Below are positions 22,269 to 37,974 of a stretch of 64,000 bases of DNA, one piece after another (position 1 is the stretch's first letter; the number at the start of each line of letters is the position of its first letter). The stretch lies in NCBI GenBank assembly GCA_964057225.1, contig OZ059894.1:6882001-6946000 (forward strand), given 5' to 3'. This DNA comes from Auanema rhodensis. Its lineage: Eukaryota; Animalia; Nematoda. The notes beneath the pieces were generated by a model that worked only from the letters and a program-made list of their open reading frames with translations, searched no databases and had not been told where the DNA came from. The position numbers were made by a program, and so were the translations under genes.

Positions 22269-25200
22269 TACTCTCTTCTTTCACTCTTTTTCTTTCGTTT
22301 ATTCACACACATACATATACACTCTCTCCTAAAGGATGTACTATGCTTAAGTTTTTCATTTAATTCTTCAGATCCTATTCGGGTTCATTCAACTTAAATA
22401 CTTTCTCTCTCGAAAACCTTTGAAGATTGTTCTATTTTGTTTCCATCCATACAATTAAAATCTTGATTTTCTTATGAAAAAGTATATATGTATAATAACA
22501 ATTTTCTAATAACCATTCAATATATATTGATTGAATTTCTAATATAATATTCTTATATTTGAAATGTTCTCACAACAATTTTCGTTTCGAATTCGGAAAT
22601 TAAGTTTACTTTTTTGCTCAAATGCCCTTTATAAGAAACATTCAATTTTAAACAAAACTTTGAGAAAAACAGTCGTTTGTTTCTCCCAGCAACCACAACC
22701 CCCGCATTTCTCTTTCTCCTCTTTTTCTTCAAAAAACGCTACCCCCTTTACTCTCATTATCTATAACATATCTGTCTATATGGTAATGTAATTAAAACGA
22801 AATCAGAGAAGATGGAGCCAGATAATCATGTGTCAATCTCTGAAAGCCAGCTGACGTGTAAGTACCATTTATGGTACATGGGGATGAGGAGCATGTCGAA
22901 TGATGATGCTTGAGATGGCGCAGACTGTGGTTGACGAGATAGCAAATCGGGACAGATGGCTTCTCGACTATCGACCTCATACGTTCTGTTGCGAGGGGAA
23001 CACCCAGTATTCAAAGCTCTCATTCCATATTCCAAGCTATCTAGCTGAATTCAAGCTCAATATCTTATTTGGTCAGCCAGTGTAACGGCTTTTCTCTTTG
23101 AAATTTAATTGATTTAATCGATTTTTCTGCCATATTATATGATGAGAATGAATATAAACTTATTAACAAAGGAATAGTTATCCAAAAATATTTTAAATAT
23201 TGTGCCATGTAAACCAGTTTCTCGTTGTTATAGTCGTTAGTCTGTAACATTGAGCCTTTACCCTTTCATGTTGCCTCACAGACCCTCATAATTCCTCTTC
23301 TTTTTCATTTTTTCTCTCTATCTCATATTTTTTTCTCACTTTTACTATTCTATCTATAGTTTAACTGAATATTTTTAACCAAAACATAAGTATTCTAGTC
23401 ATATTGAGCTTAATAAACTTCTTTTTTTCTGGAAATACGAGCATGTTAGTCTTAGTTTCAAAATGACCCTTAAAACTACATGATATTCTATATTGATTTA
23501 TAATTTTGTTTTGAAGAAACACAAGATAATTCTACTTAAACTCTTTTGCACTGAAACTTTGAAGCTAAATGAAATTTTCTTTGGAAAATAGCATATTATC
23601 TACATATTATATCTTATATATGTATTTTGTCATCAGAATTTCAAAAATTGTTATTTCTGTTAAAAAAATCTTGTTCGAAAACCAAGTTTCATCTAAAAAT
23701 AATACAAAACCATATTATGTGAATTCAAATTTTTTTTATTTTTTATTTTTTAAAATTAAAAAAAAATAAAAATATTTGAATGAATTTTGAAGACAATGAT
23801 ATACAAAGAATGAGAACATACGTAGTTTTAATCATTTATATTTTGACTACAAATCATTAATCATCTTCATGTAATGGTTTTTTCAATTTTCTTTTTTTCC
23901 AAATACTCTCTGCTTTCAAATTCCATCTATCTGTCGATCTATCTATCTATCTATTACATACACTATGTCTCTTCAATTCTCAATTCTATATTGTTCAATA
24001 TAAGAGAGTGAGAGAGAGGGATGCTCCTAACTGCCACCAATCTCATGTATCATATTCCTGCATAGTTCACTTCCAGCTTTAGTACTATTCATCGAAGTAA
24101 AAATATCTTTTTTCTAATTATAGACAATCGTCATGAATAACAGTGATCCAAATAGTGGAAGAGATGTAACTTATGAAGCACTTGATCTTAGTTACGTATA
24201 ACTATTATTATGGTTAAAATATATTTATAGTATAGATATAAACATATATTTCAAGAAGTTCTGACGTTATTACTTGATTGTTTGATCTCAATAATATCTA
24301 AATAACTATTTATATTAAAAATTTTTATTATAAATATTATTCCTAAATCTTATATATTATATTAATTTTTAACATTCAAGCTTCATCATCTTAAATATGT
24401 ACTATAGATGAATATATGTACATTAAGAAATTGCTTCTGATGATTTCATTAAACAACTATTTTCAAAAAGGTTTCTATAGAAGATTATTTCATTTTCATA
24501 ACTGTAATGATTTTAGGTTTTCAAAATTGCCTCTTCCATTTATTTATTTTTTGAATTTATGAAACATTAAGATTAATAAATAATATTCATTTTCATCAGA
24601 TTAAAGATCTAGAAATCAAACAATCAACTATATAGTATATATATATTCTACCTAATGAAGTCTTATTGATAGAAGCTTGAAATCAAGCTTCTTTCACAAG
24701 ACAAATGAAATATTTTGTATAAAGTAATCATTTCCGATTGCTCATAACTAACAATTTCTAAATAATATTTTATAAAAATAATATTATTGACTTGTTTTAC
24801 ACTTTGGAAACTACTTGTTTCATTATATATTTCAAGATAAAATCTTTCAATACTTGTTTATATGTTTCATTTGCTGCAACCTCACCTGATTCTCTATAGT
24901 TTCACATTCAAATATTCGCATTTATTTCATTTTTAATTGTTTTTTCTATAGGTTTTTTCTTGTTATACTCGTAGTATTGTTTAAAAGTTCTTTGATTGCT
25001 CTATGAACAGTTGTCATCAATTATTTCAAATCGACTCATCCATCTTCCTAAGCTAATATGAAAATGATGTTCTGAGCTAGCTAGTTGCCTAATCAGAAAA
25101 CTTAGATGAATGGACTTAAAGATGAAGAAAAGGTCACCTGCTTCAACATCATCTTCTTTCTTACGTTTCAGCTTGTTCCTCTCTTCCTCTTTCACTTCAA

Positions 25201-28200
25201 TTTTCGCATCTGTTTTACAACTTCACACTGAATGAGCAAAATGCAAAATTTGACTGATTTCTACTAATTCTAACATATTTCTTTTCAATCTTTCTCTATA
25301 CTTGTTGTGATTAAATTTTTAAATTTTATATTAGAAGCCATGTATAATGATGATTAGATGTTATTAAAGGTTTCAATTTCAAAAGTTATTGCTTGGTTAT
25401 TCCTCCCTCCCCCTCCAATTTCATTGAACATTTTACATTTGAATTTCATATTTTCTAATGTTTATTCATTATTATTTCAATTTGTTTTATTTAATTCTTT
25501 GACAACTACTTCACAACTAAAATGTGAATATACATGTATATTCCTAGATCTATTTCCTTTAAATCTTCTTACATCTTATGCGAATACTTGAGCTATATCA
25601 TCGAATCTCGTATTCAAGAAGAGAAGTTCTTTCAAAACTTGTAAATCTTGTTTGCACACCAACTAATATTCTCAAATGCGAATAATATGAAAGCATACGA
25701 TTAGCAACAATATCTTTGTTCCTCTGCGCCATCTGCGTGTGTGTTCCGGTCAAGGGGTTGCAACAGTGGTTGGCAACATTGGCAGGTTGACCAACTGGCA
25801 AGCTAGCTATTCGCATTTTCTAATATTGGTTGTTGCAGTCCTGCTTCTCTCAAAGCCGTAAAATGGAATTTGTTCGCGCATCAGTCTTCTGTTATGCTTT
25901 ATAAACAACGCTCATTGGATTACGCTAACGTTATTCATAAATGGACATGCGATAAGCCATTAGTTATCCATGAACAGCATAGAGCTTGAGATTTCCGCAA
26001 TGATAATCACACAGCTGATGGAGTAGAGCTGAAAGTTGAGTTCTACTAGCAAATTCTAATACTGAACAGAGAATTTGAGAGAAAGAGTGAAAGAACTAGC
26101 GAGGGAGAGCGAGAGCCGTGCCTTCTATCGATTTTCATCTCTCTCTCCCCCCCCCCCAAGCATTTTCATCAGTCTGCTGGTTGTATTGAAGTCTGAAGAG
26201 CCCAACCAAATCAGTAGTGTTCATATCAGAATAGGATAGCTTTTGGCCGTTATTTCTATTGGAAAATCTATCTTAGAAGCGCATTTAGATGACAATGATG
26301 ATACGAGAACATCGATCATCAGGGACAACAACAGCAAAAAAAAAAGAAATATTCAAATAAAGTTAACATTTTTTTGTTGCTCAAGCATCTCATAAATAGT
26401 TAAATGGCTCTAGTGTGGCTTTTGTCCTGTTTCCGGTTCGGTCAATGCTTTTATCTTTCATCTCTCCTCATTATTACTCGTTTTATATCATCTACTTTAA
26501 AATTTTCAAGCCTTCAATTGAATTCTAATTCACAATTTTTCAAGTTTCATATATTTAATTTATTATACTATAATCACATATTTATATAAAAGTTGTTGTT
26601 GTTCTTCTTCTTCTTTCTATAGTACTCACTCACCTTTATCTTTTTTTCTTTCTATTATATTATTCTTTTTTCATTTCCAAATATCTTGCTTCTTTTTGAA
26701 TCAAAATTTGTTTCGTTGCTTTTAAATTTCATTTTAAAACCTTTGAAAGGCTTTTCATTTCACAAGATTTGTCTCTCCCGCAGAAAGAGGGAGGAGATAA
26801 TTCATGTATGGATTCTTTCAAAGAAACAAAAACTTTTAATTTTCTCTTTCAAATTCATAAATTTACTGTTTTAATCATATGCTTAATCTTCATATTAGAA
26901 TATTAACTTCTCACGTAACCTTCACACATTTCACGTGCCTTTTCATTGTTATGTATATGTTCAGTGCTTATTGGTTGCATTCAATTTTCTTCTTTTCTTT
27001 TTTTTTCAATTACTTCTCTTCTTTCATGTAAATATACTTCTATTTTTTCATTTTTAAGCCTTTTAGTCCTCGTTTTAGAATTTTCAACGATAATATTAAT
27101 AATCGTTTGAAGTTATTACTCCCAGAAGATGGAACAAAGCTTCAGCACGCATTCTCCATAAGCCATTGAAGTTTAACTAGCTTCAAACATTTTATAATAA
27201 ATTCAGAAAAAAAGAAGGATAAGCATGAAAAATTTATAAATTTGGATAACATCCGAGACAACATAAATCCTAAAATCCTATATTAAGCATTCAAAACATT
27301 AGATAATGTTAGAAGTACTGCATGTCATATACATGTATGCAAGTATACTATACGTATAATAAATTATTTTTACTTAACTTGTCACATTGACTTATTGTCT
27401 TTTCTCATTTCATATACATATCTTTCTATTCTCTAATTTAATTCATATTATATATTCACTGTTCTTTTCTCTATCTGATTATTGTCGAAGATCAAGAAAA
27501 TTCTCAAAAAAAAAAGAATAAAAAAAGAATAAAAAATGTCACTCAACACATATGCTCTCCATATTGCTCATCCATCATCTTATGTCATAAATCCTTTTTT
27601 TTAGTTATTAAAGAAACAAAAAAATATTTGTTTCAACTTTCCTTCTCTTAAAGACAAGCTAAGTCGAATGAGAATGACGGTTACTGAGGTTCGCTGCTTT
27701 TTTCTATTTCTTCTCTCTTCTGATGTATATATCAGACACGAATATAAATTTCAAAGCTTATGATTAATGACCTCAAAATGCAAATAAACATAGTTTAGAT
27801 GTCTCTTCTCCAATTCTATACTTGCAGCAGCCAACTGTTATTTCCTCTTCTCACCTTCTATCAATGTCCTATATGACCTTAAAAAGCCTGGAAAAGAAAC
27901 AAAAAAAAAACAAAAAAAAAAATAAATGGAACTGAGTTATAAGTAACATTTCATTAGTTGTTCTTCAACCATATGCATATGTATGTATATACTATGAATG
28001 GCCTTCAATTTTAATTAAATTCTTTCTTTCTTGACCATTATTTGATTATTTTAACACATTTTTAATCAAATTTATATATATATGTATATATGTACACATA
28101 TATTGTTGGATTGATTGATGATTTTTAAGCTCTAAAAATGATATAAACTGCTTAAATGATGCAAAATGATTCATATTTTCAATCAGATTTTTATTACAAA

Positions 28201-28992
28201 TCAATGAATAAAATATTCAGTTATACATTTCTATATATGTATATGTATAATCACATCATCTAATTCTTTTACAATATTTCTTTTATATTACTTTTTAGTT
28301 TGTATTCATATGAAATTTTGTCTTTTTTTTCATCCAAAAACCTATTATAATACTATCTCATCAGCATCAACATCCAACATTTCTCTGAGCTAATGCGTTA
28401 TGTATAATATTCAATTTTTTTTTTCGATAAATCTTATAACATTTTCAAATATCGAACAGGAATAGATCTCATTTCATCTCATTTTAGCCAACTATATTAG
28501 CTGTTAATCCGAATATCTACATGTATTTACTTTGCCAGCACGCATATACCTGAAATTTAAAACCAACTTGATGAACTTTGTCAGCTATTTAAGCTTAACA
28601 ACATTAATTCAGCATTTTAGTGAGCTTTAACTTTCTTATTCAAAGACCAACATCAATGAAAATGTTCATTTAAATTCAATTTAAATTATTCCACGTGTTA
28701 CACGTGGAATTCATTAAAACAATATATATGCTAATTTTCCAAAGATTAACATATGTATGATGTGTTTAACATGCAACTCTTTCCACTTAATACCAACGCT
28801 TTTATCGATTTTAGCGTTATCTTTTGTCTTTTGATAACGATCTTAATATTCTAAACTTTGACTATTTAACATATTTGTAACTTGGAGTTGTGATTTCGTT
28901 TACTTTTTCTCATTTTTTTCATTTATATTAAGTTATTCTAAGCTAATTATATAATTTCAGATTCAAAATAGGGGTCAATTAGGCTGCAACAC

Positions 28993-31900
28993 ATGTGGTC
29001 CATGAAAAGTGCTGCCGGCGTGGTAGTAGCATTATGGGTATGCATGCTTGTATATCTATCCACGCAACTATTCGGTATTCAAGGCAGATGTATGTTTCTC
29101 TTTTTCTTATTTTATTCTATTTTAACTATATATATAGTAGTATAGAGATATATCTCATATAATTTACATATAAAATCAGGGAGGGTTAACTATGTCTCTT
29201 CATTCACCATATACTATATAATTATAATTTGTCTCGTTCTTTTTTTTTTGCATATAAACACATCGACACATACACATATCTCAACCTAATACTCAAGATA
29301 GTTCAATATAACCAGATTGTTATGCTGAGGATAAATTAATTGGCCATCTGGTCTGCCTGATCAAAACAGTGGCAGAACGAACGGTAATAAGAGGGCAGGA
29401 GGGACTGCAAGCGCTTACAATAAGAGAGGAAAGCAGTGTGAGCAGGAGAGGAGGGAGGGCGACATACATATACAACATCACCACCACAATCTGTTTATTA
29501 AGGTATTGACGTGGACACATTTATAACCCGGAACTTGTATAACAGGTGTTCCTGATTAGGACGTTTTTCACAGCAAATTTACAAAAAATTATTCACATAA
29601 TTGCTTGTGTATGTAGCACGTAGTATGTAATGACAATGAGCAATTTTTAAGAGCAGTTTATTGATTGAAAAATGAAAAATAATAATTTAATACTTCAAAA
29701 TATTCATATTCTATAAGTTTATATTGTTATTACAGCTTTTGATGCTGAAGAAAAGCTATCCGAAAAGCTTTTGGGGGCTCTTGAAACGCTGCAAGAACTT
29801 CGGAAGCAAAATTCAGAATTAAAAGAATTGATTGAAAATGAAAGAGCAGAAAATGCAGAACGCTCTAAACATGATCAAGTACATAGAGAATTGTAAGTAT
29901 GCAAACTTAAAGGCTTTTTTTTAAATTTTCAATTTTGTAGATTATTATCTCAATTAAAAGTTGATGGAAAAGCATTAAAAGCACCAATAGAGCCTATAGT
30001 AATGACACACAAAATTCCGGATCAAACTAGTCTTTACTCAAAAGAACATGAAATAGCTAGAAGACAGCTAGATAGAAGCGTTTGGGAAGTAAGAATATAG
30101 ATTAACAAAACATCTCGTCTAATTATATTTTTATAGATTTTCTATTATCTTCACAAAGAATTTAAGAAAAATCCTGAAAGTGCTGCTCTTTTCGGCAATC
30201 ATACTGAAAATCAGGTGAGAACTTTGGCCCCATTTGGCGTTTTTTTGTATTTTTTCAAAAACAAATTTTGTAAATTTATTGAATTTAGCTAATCTCACTT
30301 CTTGCTGCTTCCTCCAATATGTCATATGTTGATAAATCAGATGTATGGAGGCATTCAGAACTTCAAAAGTTAACAGACAAAATTCAAAATTCAATACATA
30401 AGGTTCAAAATCCATCTGACTGTTCAAAGGCAAAGTAAGAACATCATATGATATTTCTTATAAAAATCAAAAATTAATTATTTTAGAGCTTTAGTTTGTA
30501 CTTTGGACAAAGAATGTGGTTTTGGATGTCAGTTGCATCATGTTGCCTATTGTTTCTTAACAGCTTTTGGTTCAGGAAGAACATTAATTTTAAAAGAGAA
30601 TGGAGGAAAATGGCGGTCAGTTCATAGAAACTAACTTTTTTTTATTAAATACTAGAAAATATCTAAATAATTGTGTAAATAATATAAATATAAGCTTGAA
30701 AGAAAGCGTAATATTGATTTTTAGATATTCTCGTAAAGGTTGGAATGCTGTATTCAAGCCTGTAACAAGTTGTGATTATCGATCACTTATTGGGGTAAGT
30801 TATTGAAAACTTAATTTATAACTCATATAATTATTCTCCAGAAAAGCTCAATATCAAACTTTGATATGGATAGTGAAGCTCGTGTAGTCAGTTTAGGAAT
30901 AGTAGATGGCATGATGAATAAGTAAAAAAAACTTTTTTATTCATATTTTTCTAAAACGATTCCATATTTCAGACCAAAATACTTACCACTTTCTTTTCCA
31001 AAACAGTTAGCTGATGAATTATTAAAACTTCATTCGAATCCCCCTGTTTATTTTGTTAGCCAGGTAATTGAAATATTAAATTATCGTTTTCTTTATCTTT
31101 AAACTTTTTTAGTTTATTTGGTTTTTAATGAGAGGAAATGAAAAAATGGATTCTGTCCTGAAATCTGCCAAAGAACAGATTGACTTTGATAAAGGTTCGT
31201 ATCGTAAATACTGCTAAGATTCTGAATTTTGCTGTTTTTCAGGTCCAATTGTTGGTGTTCAAGTGAGACGAACAGATAAAATTGGTACAGAAGCTTCGTT
31301 CCATTCGATTGAAGAGTACATGGAATGGGTTGAGATTTGGTTCAAAGTTAATGAACGACGACTTGGTCATCCTCTCCAACGAAGAGTTTACATAGCTAGT
31401 GATGATCCAAATGTTATTCCTGAAGCTAAGAAAAAGTAAGAATTAAAGAAAATACTTTGAACCTCTTCCAAACTCTTTTATAGTTATCCTGATTATCAAA
31501 TTTATGGAGATATTTCAATAGCTAATACAGCTCAAATGAATCAAAGATATACTGATAATTCTCTTTACGGAGTAATAACCGATATTCGGCTTCTCAGTGA
31601 ATGTGATTATCTTGTTTGCACTTTTTCAAGTCAGGTAAATTGATTTTCAGACACATTAATGTTTGGAAAATGAACTTTGAAATGAATGTTGTATTCAGGT
31701 TTGTCGTATGGGATTCGAGCTTATGCAAGTTAGGCTTGGAGATGCTGGAGAAAACTTCCATTCATTGGATGACTTGTACTATTATGGTGGACAGTTCCGT
31801 AAGATTGCATTTCATAGAGTGGTATTTTCTAATCATAGGTTTTTTAGCTCATGAACAAGTTGCATATGAAAGCTATAAACCAGAAAAGCCTGAAGAGATC

Positions 31901-32095
31901 GAACTTGAGCCAGGAGATATCATAGGAATAGCTGGAAATCACTGGGATGGCTATTCCAAAGGACAGAACCGTCGAACAGGCAAGACAGGCCTATATCCAT
32001 CATACAAGGTATGCGTTCAAGTTGTAAAATACTTTAATCTTGAACGTTTTCAGGCTCTTGAACATTGGAGAATAGTTGATTTTCCTGAAATATAA
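28993..32095 (+). CDS. fut-8: Alpha-(1,6)-fucosyltransferase (GT23), multi-exon
   Basis: N-terminal TM anchor, coiled coil, [60 protein letters not shown], and C-terminal SH3 ([10 protein letters not shown]...GLYPSYK). Confidence 0.95.
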
Positions 32096-33985
32096 TATCA
32101 TAAATGCTCTTTCAAATACATCGAGAGAATTTACATCAATTAGCGCTTAGTCAGACCAACTACTCATTTCTGTGATTCTAGTCTATCCGGGTCTCAATCC
32201 ATTATCTAAAATATTATATAATATAATTAAAATTAGACAATTTCGGAGTTTTAATGGGTAAAGTACCGTGTTGTGAAAATTTTTTTACCGTGTTCATTCA
32301 TATTTTCATTTAATTTTTTTTTCAAAAAATACTTTTAAAAAAAGATTAGATTTTTTGAATTTCGTTGTTCATTGTATTCATTTTTAATTTTTTTTTCTCA
32401 AAATCAGAAGATATAAGATACTGGTCGTCATTCTCATCTATATTAATCAGATTAAGCAATCTGATCTTCAAAGTTCTATCAGATACTATATCCGTTGTAT
32501 GCCTTTCTAGTCATTCGGTTTATTATTTAATAAAGTTTTATGCAACTTTTTTATTTAATTTTTTAAGAGAAAAATTACTTTTGATCCTATTTAATTCAAA
32601 GTTTTCTGTCCCCAACTCTTCTTGTTTCGTGTACAGAAAGTATAAACGTCACAACTACAATTCTTCACATGCATAGCAATCAGAAAGAATGATAAACTGA
32701 TTAAAAAATAATTTTTAAATGGCTATAATATTAAGTTAAAGGCTATTAGCTGCTTCTTGTGCTTCTCTCTCATTGGGAGGTGTCATATCATACTAATTCT
32801 TTATCGTTATCTTCTGGGAAACACGTCCTGCAAAGTAAAAGCTCTCAAGAAACTGTGTATCATCCATTTCTTATATATTTTTATCATATTCAATGAGATA
32901 AGTTTTCCGAAAGAACATGAGATAAGAATTAGATAATGCTGGAAGAGGCATAGAAAATTTTCCGGACATCATAGAGAGCACGCGTCAAACTACGAGAGAC
33001 AGGACATTGAAGAGAGAAAGTGGAAAAAGAGAGTAGAAAATGTGAATAAACCATCACTACTACAGAAGTGTGTCTAATAAATTATCAGTATTTCTCTCAG
33101 GTAGCCCATCAAAATGAATGAAAGTCCGATATGTTTATCTAATTGTCCTTTATTCTATGGATTCAGTCACAAAATTATATTTATAACAAACATATGATGA
33201 TATCACATATACTTCCGTCAATTGTACTGTATTCATTAGATACCTTGTATGAATTAGTCATCTATAGAACAAGGAATTACTTTTTACTATTAAAATGCAA
33301 AAAATGCAGAAAAAAAGTTTAAAGAGCGTTCATTAATTACTTAAGATTGAATGTACATAATTGCACTTTAGGACATAGGTTGAAATAAGTTGAAAAAAAT
33401 TAAAAAATTGAAGACACAAATCAAAAGTAATGAAACTTAATTGACTAAAACATATGCTTGACAAGTTTCTTGATCTTGGTGAGTGAGAGAAAGATCTTTC
33501 TGCATGATTTCACTTGATCACATTGTGCGACTGATCAAAGATAATTACACAAAATCATTAATATGCTTAGCGTTGCCAAAATTTTCATAAAATTTAGAAA
33601 TCGTTCAACTTCTTCATATTGCAAAATTACTAAAAATAAATAAATTGAAAGAGAAATTGGTTTCGCAAAAAAAAAAGTTTTAAATAGCTGAAGAATATAA
33701 TATGGACAGTTGAAGTGATATTAGGTAGGAACGGACAGTTGCAAAACGGTTTTTCTCTCATTTTCACATCTTTAACTTCTGATTCTCTTAACTATTTATC
33801 AATACAATATAACCTCTCTGATTGACGACAACGATTTTCTGAAACTTTTGGCTGACTGTGGAGTTGATTGACTGAATGCATTAGCGCTAGGTAACAACAA
33901 GCTGGTGAGAATCAACAATGCTGCAGACTGCCATAACCGAACAAATTGCTTAATTTCATCGCTTCCTTTACCATTTACATCTTCG

Positions 33986-33986
<1 letters not shown>

Positions 33987-34047
<61 letters not shown>
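33987..34047. repeat. (ATC)n trinucleotide microsatellite
   Basis: About 20 perfect units upstream of the EGF-repeat gene. Confidence 0.95.
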
Positions 34048-34279
34048 GTTGTCGTCGTCGTGGTCGTCATCAGACAACCACACATACACATACACACGCA
34101 GACGTATACAACCCACAACCATCATCATCCATCTCGGTCCAATGTCAGCAAAGAAAGTTGCGCCTTTTCTCTCACAGTGCTGACTGACTGATGACTATAT
34201 TCCCCAATCAACCAATTCCGTCTACATATTGATTTCTCATAAAAACTTCATTTGGTATACAAGCAGATCATCACGGATC

Positions 34280-36654
34280 ATGGCTTATGTACTTGCGATT
34301 CTGGCTATAAGCTTAGCCGTATCATCAACTCATGATATATCATATTCGCTTCAGATTAATAGGTTTGTACATACTTTTATACATTTTATCTGAAACTTTG
34401 AATCAAAAAATACCTGACTGAATGATTCTAATAGCATTACATTTCTTATTTCGCGAGAGATTTCAATTTCGATAAGATTTATTGCAGCAATTCACACTTT
34501 GAGAAAAACTAATTTCTATATTGAAGATATTTTTTGAATGGTCAATTTCATTAATCTGCATATTTCATGATTTTCACGCATTTCACGTGTTTCACGTAAT
34601 TGTGGACGTTCTAGCTGTCTCACGTACACTTCAACTAATTTCATTTTGATATGACTAATACAACTATGCGGTTGCATGCAATCCAATTTCAATGAAATAG
34701 CTGTTTTCCAAGAAGTTAACCTTGGTACTTTCAGGATTCTCTACAAGCGTAATGCCATAGAAAATACATTGAAAGATAATCCAGCCTCTCCCTGCCGAAA
34801 TGGAGGTATATTTGCCAATGAGAAATGTCATTGTATTCATCCACACACTGGACCAACATGCCAAGATTTTGCCTGTGGTAAGTGCACAATCATATTTATT
34901 TCCTTCTCATCATTCCATCAACTATATCATCTTATTATTTTTATTTTTCTTTTATTCCATTATCTTTATTAGTTTAATGAATTAGCATTCTAGTTCACGG
35001 ACTATCTGTCGGGCCACGTTTTGATCCGAACAGTCTGTTCTTTAGCAGGCCTTGTATCTGTAATGACGGATGGGAAGGAGAATTATGTGATCTACGACTT
35101 ACTGATAAGGTAAAAACAATTTTTTTACGTATTTCCTCTAGAAAAATTCTTTGCTCTTTTGACTATTTCTTATACTAATCTCAATTACTTTTATAATTTT
35201 TTTTTTTTTGGATTTTCAAAGCAATCAAAGTGAAATATAATACCTTAGCTATATAACAACAAAAAAATGTTTCTTTCAATATTTTCAAAAAGCGTGTTTA
35301 TAGACGGAACGTCTGATCAAAATACTAAACATAAGGTAGTAAATTTACTTTTTAATAGATAAACTAAAATGTTTCTATAAACTTCCCATCTTAATCTGAG
35401 ACATTAAAATGATTCAGTAAACTGGTTCCTTTTTATCTTTAATATATTGCCTTTCATAAATCACATAACTGATACATACAAAAAACAACAGATCAATATA
35501 TTTCTATCATTTTTCTTTAATTTCTATATTATATAAGTTCTTTATAGATGTTAGAAAAAAAAAGTTTTTTTTCTTTTTTATCTATTTCTTTTTCTATAAA
35601 AATTAGAAAATTTATAGTGTAATCAGCGTGGACAATGGGTAAATAACACGTGCCAGTGTGTAGGTAGCTTCTTCGGTGATCATTGTCAGTACACAAGTCG
35701 ATGTGATTTTGGTCAAATTCGAAATGGAAGGTAGACCTTGGCATCATCGTTTTACATGAAATTTCATAAAATTCAAAAAATATTCTCAAATTTTAAGACA
35801 ATTAACTTATTGTTCTTCTGCAAATTTTCTAAAACTCCAGATGTATTTGTAACAAACACTTTCACGGAGATTACTGCGAAAAAGCTGTTTGCTATCATGG
35901 TTATGCTGGTATCATATGCGTATTCAAGTTATTACCTTTCATTCTCTTTTTCCGATATTTCAAACCATTCGCGATCTTGTGTCTGTCCTGCCAAGTACAG
36001 AGGAACACATTGTGATGAATGCTCGCAAGTTGGACGTCATATTCTTCCATATCCTCACTGTGTTGTCGATTTTGTTGGCCAACAAAAAGTAACGCGAAAG
36101 AAAACTCTTCATCAAGTAATTGAAATGATCTCCCAGAGGTTTTCAAAAAGAATTCTTTGTTTTAGAATAAATCTAGGATGTATATCATAACTGGAGCAAT
36201 TATCTTCTTAACTATTGTTGGAATTATAATGTTTCTTTTACATCAATGGCATCAAAAAAGAAAAAATCCTCAGGTACTTTAAGAGAATATTTTGAAGAGT
36301 ACAAGCATTATGTTTTTAGTTGGAAGAAATACGTCTGAGAGAACTACAAGATCGTCAAGCCATGTTAACAAAGGCAGCCATGGAATGCAATTTAGGACCG
36401 TACGTTTCTTCTAAAAATAAAATATTCACTTTGCAATAATTGTTTTAGTGGATCAGCACAGAATTCAATAATCAAGCGCGAAAGACGACGATCTCTTCCA
36501 AACTTGTTCAAATTGCGCAGAAATTCAAGCTCAGGTACTCGGACTCTCACTGTCAGCATACGATATATCGAATTTAGGTCCATCCTTCTTCCGTGTTCGA
36601 AACGAATTCCAAGTGACACAGGTCAGCAAGGTAGAAGACGAAGCAGAGACTTAG
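34280..36654 (+). CDS. EGF-like repeat type I membrane protein, multi-exon
   Basis: Signal peptide MAYVLAILAISLAVSS; repeats CRNGG..CHC..HTGPTC, CICNDGWEGELC, CQCVGSFFGDHC, CICNKHFHGDYC, CVCPAKYRGTHC; TM YIITGAIIFLTIVGIIMFLL; cytoplasmic tail. Confidence 0.85.
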
Positions 36655-37974
36655 AAAGGAAAATTCAACGAAATCTCAAAATGTCAAATAATATGAACAA
36701 AATGTTGAAAATTGCGTGGATGTATCATCACATAACTTCACTCTTATTCCTTTTTACCGCCTTTTTTTCTGTTTTATTCACATTGAACACTGTCGTGAAC
36801 TGGTGATTGATCTCTTTAGAAATTAAATGACGAAGCTAACCATCATTTTTTCGTTTTTTCGACCTGAAGTTTAAAATGAAATGTTTTCAAATAACTGTAT
36901 CTTATTACTGCTTCAATAGTTTTGACTGATTGCTTGCTGCGGCTAAGCCAGTTACTGAGAAATATATCAAATTTCCTATCTATTTTCGATATGTTTATCT
37001 TTCTGAAAACATAAAATAATAGTTGTTGTGATTGTAATTTGAACTATTGGATAATCAATTAGACTTTGACTTATATGGCCCGTCCCTGTATGAATAAGAC
37101 TATCAAACATGAGTCAAGCAATAGCCAAGGAAAGCTTGCTGAATAAGTTGTTTCGGGGTTGTAATCTAAATCTAAAACAAGATTCGACGTAAAATGTTAT
37201 TTATCAACAGAGAGTTGTCCGCTGTCCAATGTTTCTCCATCTGTTATCTATGTGGCTATCATGCTAAAGCCAACACATTTTGTCTTTTGTATCTATGACA
37301 CGGATGGACTTTCAATTGAACACACATTTTCTTGAAATGATCTTGAATCAAACTGATAACTTTTTTACAAGCTACCACACATTATATTTACATGAGTCAA
37401 ATAGAAGATAATCATAATTTCAACGTTTTTATTACAATTGAATAGTTAATATAGTCAGATATACATGTGAAGATGATAATGATGATGATGATGATGATGA
37501 TAATAATAATAATAAGGATGAGAAATACAAACATCATACATACACTTCGGAAGACAACAAACAACAAATACACATACATTGAATCATAAAATGAATGAAC
37601 TTCTCATACCTCTTCTACTTTCCTTACTAATCATAGAACTGATTGTTGTGGTTTTGTTTTGTTTTTCAAAAAAAAAAAGGCATAGATATAGTACAGAGAG
37701 ACATGAAATGTTGAATGTGCTGGCATTCGAGAATTTGATGATGAGAGAGCATCAACATGAAGCAGCAGGTTTCAGTTTGAACATAGAAGAATAGTCAACT
37801 ATTCTTCATATTACATATGCTCATAACATGATGCTGCTCTGCATTTGCTCGGTAAAAATGTACAAAATTGGATTATTTTCTTTTTTTTCTTTCAATGTCT
37901 AAATACATATATCATATATTGTATATATGATATTCAATTATCAGCATAATATTCTAGGTTTTCATATAATCCAA

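Noticed and set aside
33799-34191. Poly-Asp, poly-Ser and poly-Ile ORFs
   Set aside because: They are translations of the (ATC)n microsatellite.
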